DNA from: an uncultured Chloroflexia bacterium
GTDB lineage: Bacteria; Chloroflexota; Dehalococcoidia; DSTF01; JALHUB01
Reading direction: 5' to 3'
DNA: 64,000 nucleotides
Assembly: GCA_963763495.1 (NCBI GenBank)
Contig: CAVXOY010000017.1
Coordinates: 51,204-115,203, forward strand
A model generated the notes under the pieces. It searched no databases. It was not told the DNA's origin and saw only the letters and a list, made by a program, of their open reading frames with translations. Below are positions 12,824 through 23,857 of the stretch, in pieces. The translations under genes and the position numbers were made by a program. The number at the start of each line of letters is the position of its first letter. Within the stretch, counting starts at the first letter, position 1.

Positions 12824-12968
12824 AGCTCTCCTCAACTCCAGTCAGGAACCCTTGAGGGTCGAGGGGCTTGCCATTCTCAAGGAAGAGGCCGCCGGAGACT
12901 TATACTCAGAGGGCGTGGTACGATTTAGATAGGACTCAGCCAGCGTAGTGAAATGAAGGGGTGGCTCA

Positions 12969-13811
12969 ATGGCGTTCCCCAGAACAACGATCGGCAACCT
13001 TTCCGTCTCCCGCATGATCATCGGCACCAACTGGGTGCTCGGCTTCTCCCACACCAGCGCCGCCAAGGACAAGCAGATACGAGAGTCGACGACGCCTCAA
13101 CACGTCGCCGACATCCTGGAGGTCTTCCTGGCGGAGGGCATCGATACCGTCATCGGCCTCCTCCAGCATCCCGTTCTTCGCGACGGCATCCGGGAGGCAG
13201 AGCAGCGCACGGGCAAGAAGATGATCGTCATCTCCACGCCGGCAATCGACGTGCGCGACGGCCCGGAGGCGCTCGCCCAGGCGGAGCAGACGTTCGACAA
13301 GGAAGCGGAGCTGGGCACGACCATCTGCATGCCCCACCAGGTCAGCACCGACCGTATGGTCGATATCCGAGAGCGGCGCATCAAGAACATGGACACCTAC
13401 TGCCGGATGATCCGCGAGCGGGGGATGGTGCCCGGGCTGTCGACGCACATGCCGGAGACTATTGTATTCGCCGACGAGACGGACCTGGACGTGGAGACCT
13501 ACCTTTCTATCTACAACGCCGCCGGCTTCCTCATGCACCTGGAGGTAGACTGGACACACCGCATCATCTGGAACGCGAAGCACCCCGTGATCACGATCAA
13601 GCCGCTGGCCGCGGGGCGACTCCTACCCCTGGTGGGACTCGCCTTCAACTGGGCGACGATTCGCGACATCGATATGGTGGCGGTGGGAACGTCGACGCCC
13701 GACGAGGCGCGGGAGATCATCGAGATCTCGCACTCCCTCCTCGAAGGAAGAGCCGAGCGCATCGAGCTTCAGAAGACGCGAAGCAAAGGCACGATAACAG
13801 ACAAGCGATAG
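12969..13811 (+). CDS. conserved hypothetical protein
   Basis: Intact 280-aa ORF with coding-like composition. No family recognised. It lies between a membrane protein and a Gfo/Idh/MocA oxidoreductase. Confidence 0.55.
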   Translation: MAFPRTTIGNLSVSRMIIGTNWVLGFSHTSAAKDKQIRESTTPQHVADILEVFLAEGIDTVIGLLQHPVLRDGIREAEQRTGKKMIVISTPAIDVRDGPEALAQAEQTFDKEAELGTTICMPHQVSTDRMVDIRERRIKNMDTYCRMIRERGMVPGLSTHMPETIVFADETDLDVETYLSIYNAAGFLMHLEVDWTHRIIWNAKHPVITIKPLAAGRLLPLVGLAFNWATIRDIDMVAVGTSTPDEAREIIEISHSLLEGRAERIELQKTRSKGTITDKR

Positions 13812-13841
13812 GAACCACGAAGGATCGGAGCCAACTGAGCG

Positions 13842-14935
13842 ATGACCAACAAAGCTTCCAACAGCGAGCCAGTTCGAGTGGGAATCATAGGCTGCGGCGA
13901 GATCGCCGGGCCATACGTACAGACGCTGCAGCCCTACTCGCAAGTTGAGCTCGCCGGCGTAGCCAGCTCGCACTCAGGAAAAGTGCACCCTCTTTGCCGG
14001 AAAACACGGCTTGCGCGCCTACGAGTCGATCTCCGATCTGCTGGCAGACAAGAGCATCGACCTCGTCCTCGACCTCACCGGCCAGGATGCGCACGCGGAT
14101 GTCGTGGCGAAGTGCCTGGACGCCGGCAAGCACGTGTACTGTGAAAAACCGCTTGCCCTCAACTATCGCGAGGCCGAGCAGTTGGTCGACTCGGGCAAAG
14201 CAAGCGGGATTGCTCCTGGGATCGGCGCCTTCGACCTTCATGGGGGAAGCCCAGCAGACAGCCGCAAAGGTGATCCGCGAGGGACGCCTGGGCACGGTGC
14301 GCCTAGTCTACGCGGAGGTCAACCACTGGCGAATCGAAGCCTGGCATCCATCTCCGCAGCTCTTCTATGCCTGCGGGCCTCTCTTTGACATGGGGCCTTA
14401 CCCGCTCGTCCTGCTTACGAGCATCTTCGGGCCCGCCCGGCGCGTCCAAGCCTGGGGACGCGTTCTCATGCCGGAGCGGCAGACCAAAGACGGGACGCCG
14501 TTCCGCCTGGAGAAACCCGATTTCGTGGTCGCCCTGGTCGAGTTCCGCAGCGGCCCGGTGGCGCGGCTGACGATCAACTACTACACCGACTGGAAGAAGA
14601 AGGAAGGGGAGTTGGTGGAGTTCCACGGCGACCGCGGCTCACTGTATCTGGCGCACGTATCCATCTTCAGCGCCGGCGTGGAGTACGCGGAATTCGGCCA
14701 GTCCTACGAGGCAGTGCCCCTTGTCAAGGAGCCTTTCCGGGGCATTGAATGGGCACGCGGCGTCGTGGACATGGCGGAAGCGCTGCGAGAGGGCCGGCCG
14801 CACCGGGCGACGGGCGAGCAGGCGGCGCACATCATCGAGATCATGGAGGGCACCGCCAAGGCGATGGAGACTGAGCGACCGGTCGATATCACGTCGGACT
14901 TCACGCTCCCAGCGCCGATGGAGTGGGCCACCTAG
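13842..14935 (+). CDS. Gfo/Idh/MocA-family NAD(P)-dependent oxidoreductase
   Basis: N-terminus VRVGIIGCGEIAGPYVQTL... is a Rossmann fold. Then YCEKPLALNYREAEQLVD, and a C-terminal domain through ORF 13994..14935. Frame breaks near 13970 and 14230. Confidence 0.75.
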
Positions 14936-14953
14936 CCCCACCCGCGTCAGGCC

Positions 14954-16751
14954 TTACCCTCCCTGCTCGCTGAAACGGCGGGCCAACCCCTGATAGACCT
15001 CACGCACAACGTCGAAGGCCGCCTTGCGGGTGCGGTGGTCGTCGGCCATCAGCCCCTTCCGATTGTAGCCGCGCTGGTACTTGTTCTGTCGCAGGGGCGT
15101 CCGGAAGTCGTACAGGACCCAGGGAGACGTGCCGACCACGGACGGGGACTGGAGAATCCCGGCGAACTGGCGGCGGTAGAATTCGCTCTGAAACTCCTCG
15201 GTGCGGATCTCGTCCGCGGCGCCGTGGAGGCCGGCAACGCAGTCCGCCCCGAACTCGGAGATGATGATAGGCTTGCCGGATGCCGCCAGACTGGCGAGCA
15301 ACTCCGGCACCTGCTCCACTTTCCCCCAGTACCAGCCCAGGTACTCGTTCACCGCTGCCACGTCCACCTGGGACAACGAGGGGATCTGTGGCCGACGGCA
15401 GTAGGGCGGCGGAGACCAGGCGGCTCGGGTCCATCTCGCGGGCAGTCGCCACCAACTCCGACAGGAAGGCCAGGCGTTCGTCGGTCGGCGGCGTCTCGTT
15501 GGCCACCGACCATATGATGACGCTGGCCCGGTTCCGGTCACGGCTGATCAGCTCGCGCAACTGGTTGCGGGCGCTCGCCAGCACCGCCGCGTTCGCGAAG
15601 TCGATGTGCCAGTAGACGGGTATCTCCTCCCAGAGCAGGAGCCCCATCTTGTCGGCGAGGCGGGCGGCGTTCTCGTGGTGGGGATAGTGGGCCAGCCGCA
15701 GGAAGTTGCAGCCCAGGTCGCGGGCCGCCTCCAGCATCCCGCGCGTATCGTCCTCCGTTGCGGCGCGGCCGTGGCCCGGGAACTCCTCGTGGGCGCAGAT
15801 GCCGCGGAGGAAGACCGGCCGCCCGTTGAGGAGCAGCTTGTCGCCTTCGACCCGCACCTCGCGAAAGCCGACGCTATCCTCCAGACGGTCGCCGCTCTCC
15901 AGCGCCACCTCGACCTCATAGAGATGCGGCGCCTCCGGCGACCAGAGCTTCGGCTCGGCCCCGAACTCCAGCGATGCAGCGCCGTTCTCATCCACGGTGG
16001 CCCTTTCCTTGATTCCGAGAGCAGGCACGCTGACGATCACCTGCTCGCCGGCGGAAGCCGATGTCTCGACGTCCAGCCGCAAACGACGGAGACCATCGCC
16101 GGGCAGGAGGCGCCAGAACGTCCGCTTGACGTGAGAGGGCGGGACCTCGACCAGGCTCACGGAGCGGGTGATGCCGCCGTAGTTGAACCAGTCGCACCAG
16201 AGGGCAGGCAGGCGGTCAGCCTCACGGCGGTTATCGACGACTATCGCCAGGACGTTCTGCGGCTGCAGATAGGGCGTAACGTCGACGCAGAAGGGGGTGA
16301 AGCCGCCCTCATGCCTGCCCAGGAGGTTGCCGTTGAGCCAGAGGGTCGACTCGTAGTTGGCAGCGCCGACGCGGAGGAAGTAGCAAGGGCCGGAGGGCGG
16401 CCCGGCGAACTCCTTGACGTAGAGCGCACAGCCCTCGTAGTGCATCAGCTCCGGTCGCTCCTCATTCCAGCAGCCCGGCACCCTCGCCGTCTGCCAGGCG
16501 CCGGCGGGGAAATCGGCGTGAACCCGGCGCAGGGCCTCGTCCTCCGGCAGACCCAGGAGACCGAAGTAGCGGGCATCGAAGGCGGCGCGCCGTCTGTTGG
16601 CATCGTAGGGGTCGATGTGGAACTTCCAGAGGCCGTCGAGGCTGATCTGAGGCCTGCCGCCGACGTCGATGAGCGAGTCCGCCGTCAGCAGCGGCTCCGC
16701 AAACGCCTTCTTGTAGTCAGGATCGAACGGCGAGAGGGTCTGGGGACTCAT
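14954..16751 (-). CDS. GH2 glycoside hydrolase (beta-glucuronidase / beta-galactosidase-like)
   Basis: The ~600-aa N-terminal sugar-binding and Ig domains plus TIM barrel lie in ORF 15000..16898 (MSPQTLSPFD... start at 16751 with an AAGGAG RBS). They carry WSVANE and C-terminal ...IIISEFGADC...YDFRTP. One frameshift near 15400-15540 joins to ORF 14954..15541. Confidence 0.8.
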
Positions 16752-16970
16752 GACGACTCCTTTTCGACGCTGGGACAAGGGCGAGCTGTGATTTTCGTGC
16801 CGCCTTGAGTATAGCGGGTCGACGCCGCTTGGTCTTCCTCTCGTCCGAACGAGCGAACCTTCCGGCTGGAAGATCACATGCTGCGCCAACGGTGCCACTG
16901 ATTAGTCTGAGCCGAGAAACTGGAAGGCATATACCGGTAACGTGTTTCGCGTGCGTGAGTCTATCCAGCG

Positions 16971-17012
16971 ACGGTGTCAATCATTCTTACTATTCGAAGA
17001 GGAATGATATTG
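16971..17012. promoter_or_regulatory. imperfect inverted repeat in AT-rich divergent intergenic region (candidate operator)
   Basis: TGTCAATCATTC-N15-GAATGATATTGACA sits in the GC-poor spacer between the GH2 gene (minus strand) and the LuxR-PAS array (plus strand). Confidence 0.3.
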
Positions 17013-17226
17013 ACAGTTACATTCAGGAGTGTATAGTCACCATATTGCTGGCCTGACTCTGGAATCTTAGGCCGGGACACTCCGCGCAGCCTTGGTCGGC
17101 CGCGGCAGTGGCTTGTTCGGTTTCCCGGCCGAGGAGACACTTCCCGGGTCAGGTACTGGACGCTTCGGCATCGGAAGCCGCGTGAACTGATGGCTCGGCT
17201 CTTTGCTAGTGTCAGAGAAACATGAA

Positions 17227-17791
17227 ATGGACACGGAGTGGATTTGGGACAGACTCGATCCCATCGAGAAGCGCATAGCTGAGCTTCTTCTGGAAGGGAA
17301 TAGCAACAAGGTCATCGCCACCGAGGTCTCCCTCTCCCGATCCCGTGTGCAGGAGCGCGTCAAAAGGATCACAATTAAGGCGGGGGCAGCCAGCACCAGG
17401 GAAGCCCTCGTGCTCCTGGCGCAGGAAAGGGAGACATCGTCTCTTCTCAGCATCCTCGACCAAGCGACCGATGCCGTGGCAATCTTGCAGGATCGGGCTC
17501 TGCAAGTTCGCCAACAAGGCTCTGGCAAAGCTGCTGGGGTACACCGCCGAGGAGATGGAGGGTATACCCTTCGTGGAGTTCGTGGCTCCCGGGGCCAGGG
17601 ATGAACAGGTAACGCGATATGAACAGCGGCTGAAAGGTGAGCCGTTTCCCGGCCGCTACACGACCCGCGCCCTCTGCAAAACAGGAGAGTCAAAGGAGTT
17701 AGAGGTGACCAGTGGCGGCATGGTCCGCTTCAAGGGCAGGCCCGCCATGATGGCGATCATTGTTGACAGCCAACGAGGAGGCTCGCAGTGA
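17227..17791 (+). CDS. LuxR-type HTH + PAS one-component regulator, paralog 1
   Basis: MDTEWIWDRLDPIEKRIAELLLEGNSNKVIATEVSLSRSRVQ is a LuxR HTH. A C-terminal PAS fold lies in ORF 17345..17791 (frameshift near 17500). Confidence 0.65.
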
Positions 17792-17863
17792 GAAGTGGAG
17801 ACTCCCCGTCTCACCGGCGGCGCGGGCAGCAGTCAAGGAAATGCTACACGGCAGGAGCGCACC

Positions 17864-18484
17864 ATGGAAAGCGGCTGGAAGTGGGATAGGCTTGACCCTT
17901 TCGAGCGGCGCGTAGCTGAGCTGCTGCTAGAAGGGAAGAGCAACGCGGCAATCTGCGCGGAGGTCTTCCACTCCAGAGCACGCGTGCAGGATTGCATCAA
18001 GAAGATCCTGATCAAGACGGAAACGGACAGCACCAGGGGCGCTATCGTTCTGCTGGCTGAGGAAAGGGAGAGCTTGTCTCTGCTTCACGTGCTGGAGCAA
18101 GCGACCGATGGCGTGGCGATCGTCCAGGATCGAGTCCTTAAGTTCGCCAACAAGGCTCTGGCAGAGGCGTGCGGGTATGACGCCGACGAGATGGTGGGGA
18201 TGCCCTTAGCAGAGCTGCTAGCTCCAGGAGTCAGGGAGAGAGCGCTTGGCCACCACGAACTAAGGCTGAAAGGTGAACCGTTTCCTCGCAGCTACACGAC
18301 CAGAGTCCTGTGCAAGGGAGGGCAAGAGAAGGAGCTAATGGTAGCCAACGCAGGGCTTATCCGGTACAGGGGCAGGCCTGCCATCATGACGGTTGCGTTC
18401 GACCCGAAAAAGGCGGGAGAAGAAGCGGGAAATCCCCCTCCCACCGGCGGCGCGGGCAGCAGTCAAGGAAATGCCACGCGATAG
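17864..18484 (+). CDS. LuxR-type HTH + PAS one-component regulator, paralog 2
   Basis: MESGWKWDRLDPFERRVAELLLEGKSNAAICAEVFHSRARVQ...QATDGVAIVQDRVLKF...RYRGRPAIM. Roughly 70% identical to paralog 3. Confidence 0.7.
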   Translation: MESGWKWDRLDPFERRVAELLLEGKSNAAICAEVFHSRARVQDCIKKILIKTETDSTRGAIVLLAEERESLSLLHVLEQATDGVAIVQDRVLKFANKALAEACGYDADEMVGMPLAELLAPGVRERALGHHELRLKGEPFPRSYTTRVLCKGGQEKELMVANAGLIRYRGRPAIMTVAFDPKKAGEEAGNPPPTGGAGSSQGNATR

Positions 18485-18500
18485 GAGCGCAAAATGGAAA
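18433..18500 (+). repeat. direct repeat of the duplication junction (second copy; first copy at 17806-17870)
   Basis: caccggcggcgcgggcagcagtcaaggaaatgc(t/c)acgc...atggaaagcggctgg occurs both upstream of paralog 2 and at the paralog2/paralog3 junction. This marks the tandem duplication unit. Confidence 0.7.
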
Positions 18501-19042
18501 GCGGCTGGGGATGGGATAGGCTTGACCCCTTAGAGCGGCGAGTGGCTGAACTGCTGCTAGAAGGGAAGAGCAACGCGGCAATCTGTGCAGAGGTCTTCCA
18601 TTCCAGAGCACACGTGCAGGACTGCATCAAGAGGATCCTGATCAAGACGAAAACAAACAGCACTAGGAGCGCCATCGTTCTGCTGGCTGAGGAAAGGGAG
18701 ACCCTGTCTCTGCTTCACGTGCTGGAGCAAGCGACCGATGGCGTGGCGATCGTTCAGGATCGAGTCCTAAAGTTCGTCAACAAGGCTTTTGCAGAGGGAT
18801 GCGGGTATGACGTCAACGAGATGGTGGGTATGCCCATGGTGGAACTCTTAGCTCCCGAATCGAGGGACATTGTGGCCAAGCAGTATGAACTGAGGATGCA
18901 GAATGAACCACTTCCTCGCAGATATGAGGCCAGCATCCTGCGCAAGGGAGGACAGAAGAGGGACGCTACGATAACCAGCGCCGGGCTGGTGCGGTACAGG
19001 GGCCGGCCCGCGATCATGGCGGTTGTGGTAGCGCGAGAATGA
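18494..19042 (+). CDS. LuxR-type HTH + PAS one-component regulator, paralog 3
   Basis: MESGWGWDRLDPLERRVAELLLEGKSNAAICAEVFHSRAHVQ... has the same architecture. Intact 182-aa ORF. Confidence 0.7.
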   Translation: MESGWGWDRLDPLERRVAELLLEGKSNAAICAEVFHSRAHVQDCIKRILIKTKTNSTRSAIVLLAEERETLSLLHVLEQATDGVAIVQDRVLKFVNKAFAEGCGYDVNEMVGMPMVELLAPESRDIVAKQYELRMQNEPLPRRYEASILRKGGQKRDATITSAGLVRYRGRPAIMAVVVARE

Positions 19043-19698
19043 GCGGGAAGAGGCGGAGACCGGGCACCCCGCAGACCGCTCAGAGTGCGACTGCTTACGT
19101 CCAACATTTGTCTGAGACATTTGTCTCGTCTTTCGACTTGAAACGCCCTGGGACCCCAAAAGACGATTGACCACCTCGGCAGCGACCCCTACGCTCAAGT
19201 CGGGTCTAGCGCCTCCGCTGGGAACAACGGAATAGCGCTCCCAGAGGAGGCAGCGTGGCAGGGATGCCCCTTGCCTCCTACCACAGTTGGGCTACGGCAC
19301 GGTGGCGGCTCGCAGCCAGCATGAGAACATGCAAAGTCAGACCCTGGTCCAGCGGCACCGTGCCGTAGTTTCCGCTGCGTTGGCGCGACGGCCTCGTACA
19401 AATCACCGCTTCCTTTTTTGCCTCGCGGGGGAGACTAGACAAGAAGCCAGACGGCCCCCAAACACGTGTCCAACCCCAGCAGATCATGACGACTGCCTAG
19501 GTGCCATACATCCGTGGACACACGGATTCTGACATCGGTCGACAAAGAGCAAGTTCAGCCCCCTCTTGCTGGAGGGAGAGGATAGGCTTATCTCCGCGCC
19601 TGCTCGGCGCTGGTGCCAAGAAGCCCCGCCACGGGAAACCCCGCCGCAGTCCTGATGTCCGGACAACCGTCCGGTTAGCTTGATATAGGAGGCTCAAG

Positions 19699-22600
19699 AT
19701 GAAACGGATACGATGGCTGGCAGCGTTTGCACTAGCAGCTTTGGCGGCGCTATTCCTGTTTGGCTCGCCGCATGCCCCTGTGAGCGCACAGGAAATCGAG
19801 CATCGACGATGCCCACAACACGCTGACGGTTAACCGACGCCGATCAGGGCGATTCCGTGATCGTACGTGGCACCTTGACGAATGTCAGTGCCAACAACTA
19901 TCCCAGCGCGCTTACGGCTGTCTTGTTCAGAGAGGTCGGAGGCGATATCGCAGCGGAGCGATATGGACCTCTCCTGGTGGGCGGGCGCCCCCGGCTGGCA
20001 AGCGGCCGGGCCGGCTTTCGCCACCAACTACCCCGGCTATCAGATGGAGATGGAAGTCGGCGGCGCCGGCTTCCCATTGCCGCCCGGATTATGCCGGAGC
20101 GGGGACGTGGATCAAGGCTGTCGCGAACAGGGACTTCGACACAGTCGAGATCAAGGTGATCACCTACGTCGATGCGACCGGCAACCAGCGGTACGACCTG
20201 AACGAGGCGATCATCTCCGAACTGGCCGGGGTCATCGACCAGGACATCCAGATCGATCTGCTTGCGGCTTCAGCCTCGACGCGGTCTCCGTAGATGATGA
20301 TTGGGCAGACTGCGACGTCGGCGATCCGGCTTCCGACGTCCCCGTCGAAGAGGTCGCTTCCGGCAAGTTCTGCCAGATCAACGCTTTCGCCACGATCCAG
20401 GAGGCGATAGACGCGGTTACGCCGGGCGGCACGGTGGACGTCTACCCGGGCACCTATGACCAGGACGAGGCGAACGATCGCGATCCAGATCACAGGGGGA
20501 GCAGGCAGCAACGACTTCAACATCTTCGTCGGCAAGCCGCTGACTATCGAGGGAGTCGACGCCTCGGGCGACCCGATCACGGACTACGACGACGTTGCCG
20601 CCTACGTCATCCCAAAGCGCGATACAGGCGGCGGTCACACCGATACCATCTTCGTCCAGGCGGATGATGTCACCATCACCGGCCTCGACGTTACCGGCTG
20701 GACCGGCGCCAACTACGAGAACCAGAAGACGCTGGAGTCGATCGGCGACAACCTGACCGTGAAGTACAACCAGTTGCACGGCGTGGACGGCGCCGCCGCG
20801 CTCTACATGTACGATGCACGCTTCGACCCGGACACCGACACCTCGCACGTCCAGTCATACCTAATCGAGGCCAACCTACTCGATGGCGGTGGACTCTGGG
20901 GTCAACGGCATCCGCATCTCCAGTGGCCCCGGATGGAGCGGGCCCGTCAGCGGCCGTGTCATCGCTGACAACACGTTCGACAACGACTGCGACGGCATCG
21001 AGTTCGTCGGGCCCGGCGGCTGATCCCTGGGACGTCTACCCCGTCGGCGCCGCCACGATCACGGGCAACAGCTTCAGCAACTCCGACCGCCGGCACGTTG
21101 TCGCCTGGGGTTCGTATGAGGGAGGCCCGGGCTACGGTGACATCGACTGGCAGGGCATCGTCGAGAACAACACCTTCGACAAGGCGGCGATCACCTGGAC
21201 GCCGGGCGGCGACGCCCAGCCGTGGACCCTCGACCCCTTCGTCGACGTCCGCGGCATCTACAGCGCAATCCAGAGGTACGCGATCAACCGCGCCGCGCAG
21301 GACGGCGACACGATACAGGTGCTGCCCGGGCCTCTACCCGGAGACGCTCAACATCGAGGGCCGCAGTGACCTCAGCATCGTGGGCGACGACCGCGACACG
21401 GTAATCGTGAAGCCCACGTCGACCCTCTCGTGGGCCATCCCCGGATACCCGCAGTACGACTCACGCCAGGCAGCGGTGCGCGTCGTCAGTTCGACCGGCA
21501 TCGACCTCTCGAACATGACCTTCGACTTCGACACCGTGAAGGGCAACAACGTCGCCGGCCTCTTCTACTGGGATAGCACCGGCGTCATCAGCGGCAACGC
21601 GCTCAAGAACATGACGGCGTCTGACGCTGCCGGCTTCTACGGAGAGCTGACAAGCTACGTGCGCGCTCCCAGCTACAGCGACGGCGCCCGCGCCGAGGTG
21701 GAGTTCAGCGGCAACGTCTTCACCGAGACGGGCCGGTTGGGAATCGTGACGCACGACTTCGTGCACGCCACGATCCAGGGCAACACCTTCACCAAGACGA
21801 TCAACGACTTCGGCTACGCCATGGAGATAGGCTCGCGCTCGACGGCGACGATAACCGGCAACACTATCTCCGGCTACGACACGCCTGCCGCCTCCGATGG
21901 CAGCTCGGCGGCCGGCATCTACATCGAGAACTCGTTCACCGGCGGGCTGCCGCACATCGTCAAGCCGGTCACGGTCAGCGACAACGAGGTGACCGGCAAC
22001 CAGTACGGCGTGTGGATCGGCAACGAGTACACGGGCTACGCCGGCGACATCGACGTCAACGTCACCCTCCAAGGGAACACGATAAGCGACAACACGGACG
22101 GCGGCGTGTACATCGTCGACGAGGGCCGGTCCGCCGGATCGTCAGTCACGGTCAACGCCAGCGGGAACGACGTGACGAACAACGGCGACGTCGGCTACTG
22201 GTTCAACGCCTACGGCGATGGCGAACTGCACGCCAACGTCAGCGGGGAGACGATCAGCGGCCAGGGCGACGGTGTGCGGATTGACAACACGTCAGGGGGC
22301 AACAACCTCTTTGACCTGCACATCGGGCCCGACAACGAGATCTTCGATAACGACAACGGCATCGCGGGCTTCTCGGTGTCCGGCATCGTTATCAGCGGAA
22401 ACAGTATCCACAACAACGTCAACCGCTCCGGAAGCGCGGGCGTAGGCATCATGTTCTGGGGTGATAGCGACAACGAGCAGATCCTCAACAACGTGGTGTA
22501 CGACAACGACCGGCAGGGCATCTTCTTGGGACACGACACGGAGATCAGCACCGGCAGCACGATCTCCGGCAACACAGTCTACAACAACGGCCGGAACACA

Positions 22601-23722
22601 TACCCGAACCCGCCCGATGCCTCTGCCTACGGCATCCAGCTCTGGAATGCGGACGACAACGTCATCGCCAACAACGAAGTCTACGGCCACGACGATTGGT
22701 TCCCCTACCCACCTCCGTCGACCTTCGACTTCGCCCAGGGGATCTACCTGTTCGACTCCAACGACAACATCCTTACCGGCAACAACCTGCACGACAACAA
22801 CTACGGCGTCGGGGTTTGGGGCCCGGGCAGGGGAGATGGCAGCAACCTCATCAACAACAACACCATTGCAGGCAACACCGGGTACGGCGTGAGGAGCTTC
22901 GATAGTGCCTTCGAGGTCGACGCCACGAACAACTGGTGGGGGCACGTAACGGGTCCGTACCATGCCGACCAAGAACCCGGCAGGGCTGGGCGACGATGTG
23001 AGCGACTACGTGCTCTTCGACCCCTGGCTCACGCACGGGGACCAGGATATGGACGGTGTCCCTGACGCCGTTGACAACTGTCCCGCAGTCTACAACCCCG
23101 ACCAGCTCAACAGCGACGGCGGGCGCCGGCCCAACGGGTCGCAGATACCCGGCGAGTGGGCCAGCAACCCCGCCCAGGACAAGCTGGGAGACGCCTGCGA
23201 CCCCGACAACGACAACGACGCGTTGCCGGACACCAGCGAGAGCGAGTCGTCCTGTCCTTTCCGCCTGAATGGGGACAGCGACGGCGACAGGGTGGTGGAC
23301 GGGTGCGAGGTGGCGAACGGCTACGACCCCTGCTCCGCCGCCAGCAAGCCGCCGTGGGAAGGCGGCTCCGACAGCGACGGGGACGGCTTCGCTGATTGGG
23401 TAGAGCGGAGCGGCTACAACACCTGCGCCTTCGCCGGCGACACAAGGCCCGGCTATACCACCTGCGCCAACCCCACCGACAGCGACAGCGATGGCTGCGC
23501 GGACTGGATAGAGATCGTCGACGTCAACGGCGACAGGCAGTCGCGAACATCCTGGATGTGCAGTGGGTAGCGAAGAGGGCGTTCAACGCTATCCCACCCT
23601 CTGACTCTGACGTCGTATTGGACATGGACAAGAACGGTCGCGTCAACATTCTGGACGCGATGCTGGCGGCGAAGAACTCGACGCTGGTGAGGCCGCACTC
23701 CCCTTGCGCGTCAGAGGGATAG
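19699..23722 (+). CDS. giant secreted parallel beta-helix (PbH1) protein with TSP type-3 repeats and C-terminal dockerin
   Basis: ATG at 19699 with a TAGGAGG RBS, and signal peptide MKRIRWLAAFALAALAALFLFGSPHAPVSAQE. ORFs 19857.., 19882.., 20456.., 20923.. and 21098..23065 (655 aa) carry about 10 PbH1 turns of the GN.(I/V)..N form. ORF 22962..23570 carries TSP3 Ca-binding repeats (DQDMDGVPDAVDNCPAVYNPDQ, DSDGDRVVDGC, DSDGDGFADW, DSDSDGCADW). The C-terminus is a dockerin (DVNGDRQ-VNILDVQWVAKRAF ... DMDKNGRVNILDAMLAAK). About 8 frame breaks join the pieces. Confidence 0.75.
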
Positions 23723-23765
23723 AAGCAAGTGAGGTCTGGTCATCTGACCAGACCAAGGGAAGAGC

Positions 23766-23796
23766 AAAGGGGGCAGTCACTTGGTGGCTGCCCCCT
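23766..23796. terminator. bidirectional hairpin terminator between convergent genes
   Basis: AAGGGGGCAG-N11-CTGCCCCCTT is a perfect 10-bp GC-rich stem followed by TTCATCTT. It sits between the beta-helix gene (ends 23722, plus) and pfk (ends 23858, minus). Confidence 0.5.
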
Positions 23797-23857
23797 TCAT
23801 CTTAATCAAGACGCCGAAGGAGGAACTCAGCGCCTGTCTCCGTCTCTTGCCTCGCGG

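Noticed and set aside
15606-16808. 400-aa plus-strand ORF
   Set aside because: Antisense to the GH2 gene, which has clear family motifs.
19400-19480. T-run (ccgcttccttttttgcc) considered as an intrinsic terminator
   Set aside because: There is no convincing GC-rich stem immediately 5' of the T-run on either strand.
22292-22972. 226-aa minus-strand ORF and Arg-rich plus ORFs 22012..22284, 22461..22905
   Set aside because: Shadow and alternative frames of the beta-helix gene. Only the frame with N-x-I-x-x-N PbH1 repeats is coding.
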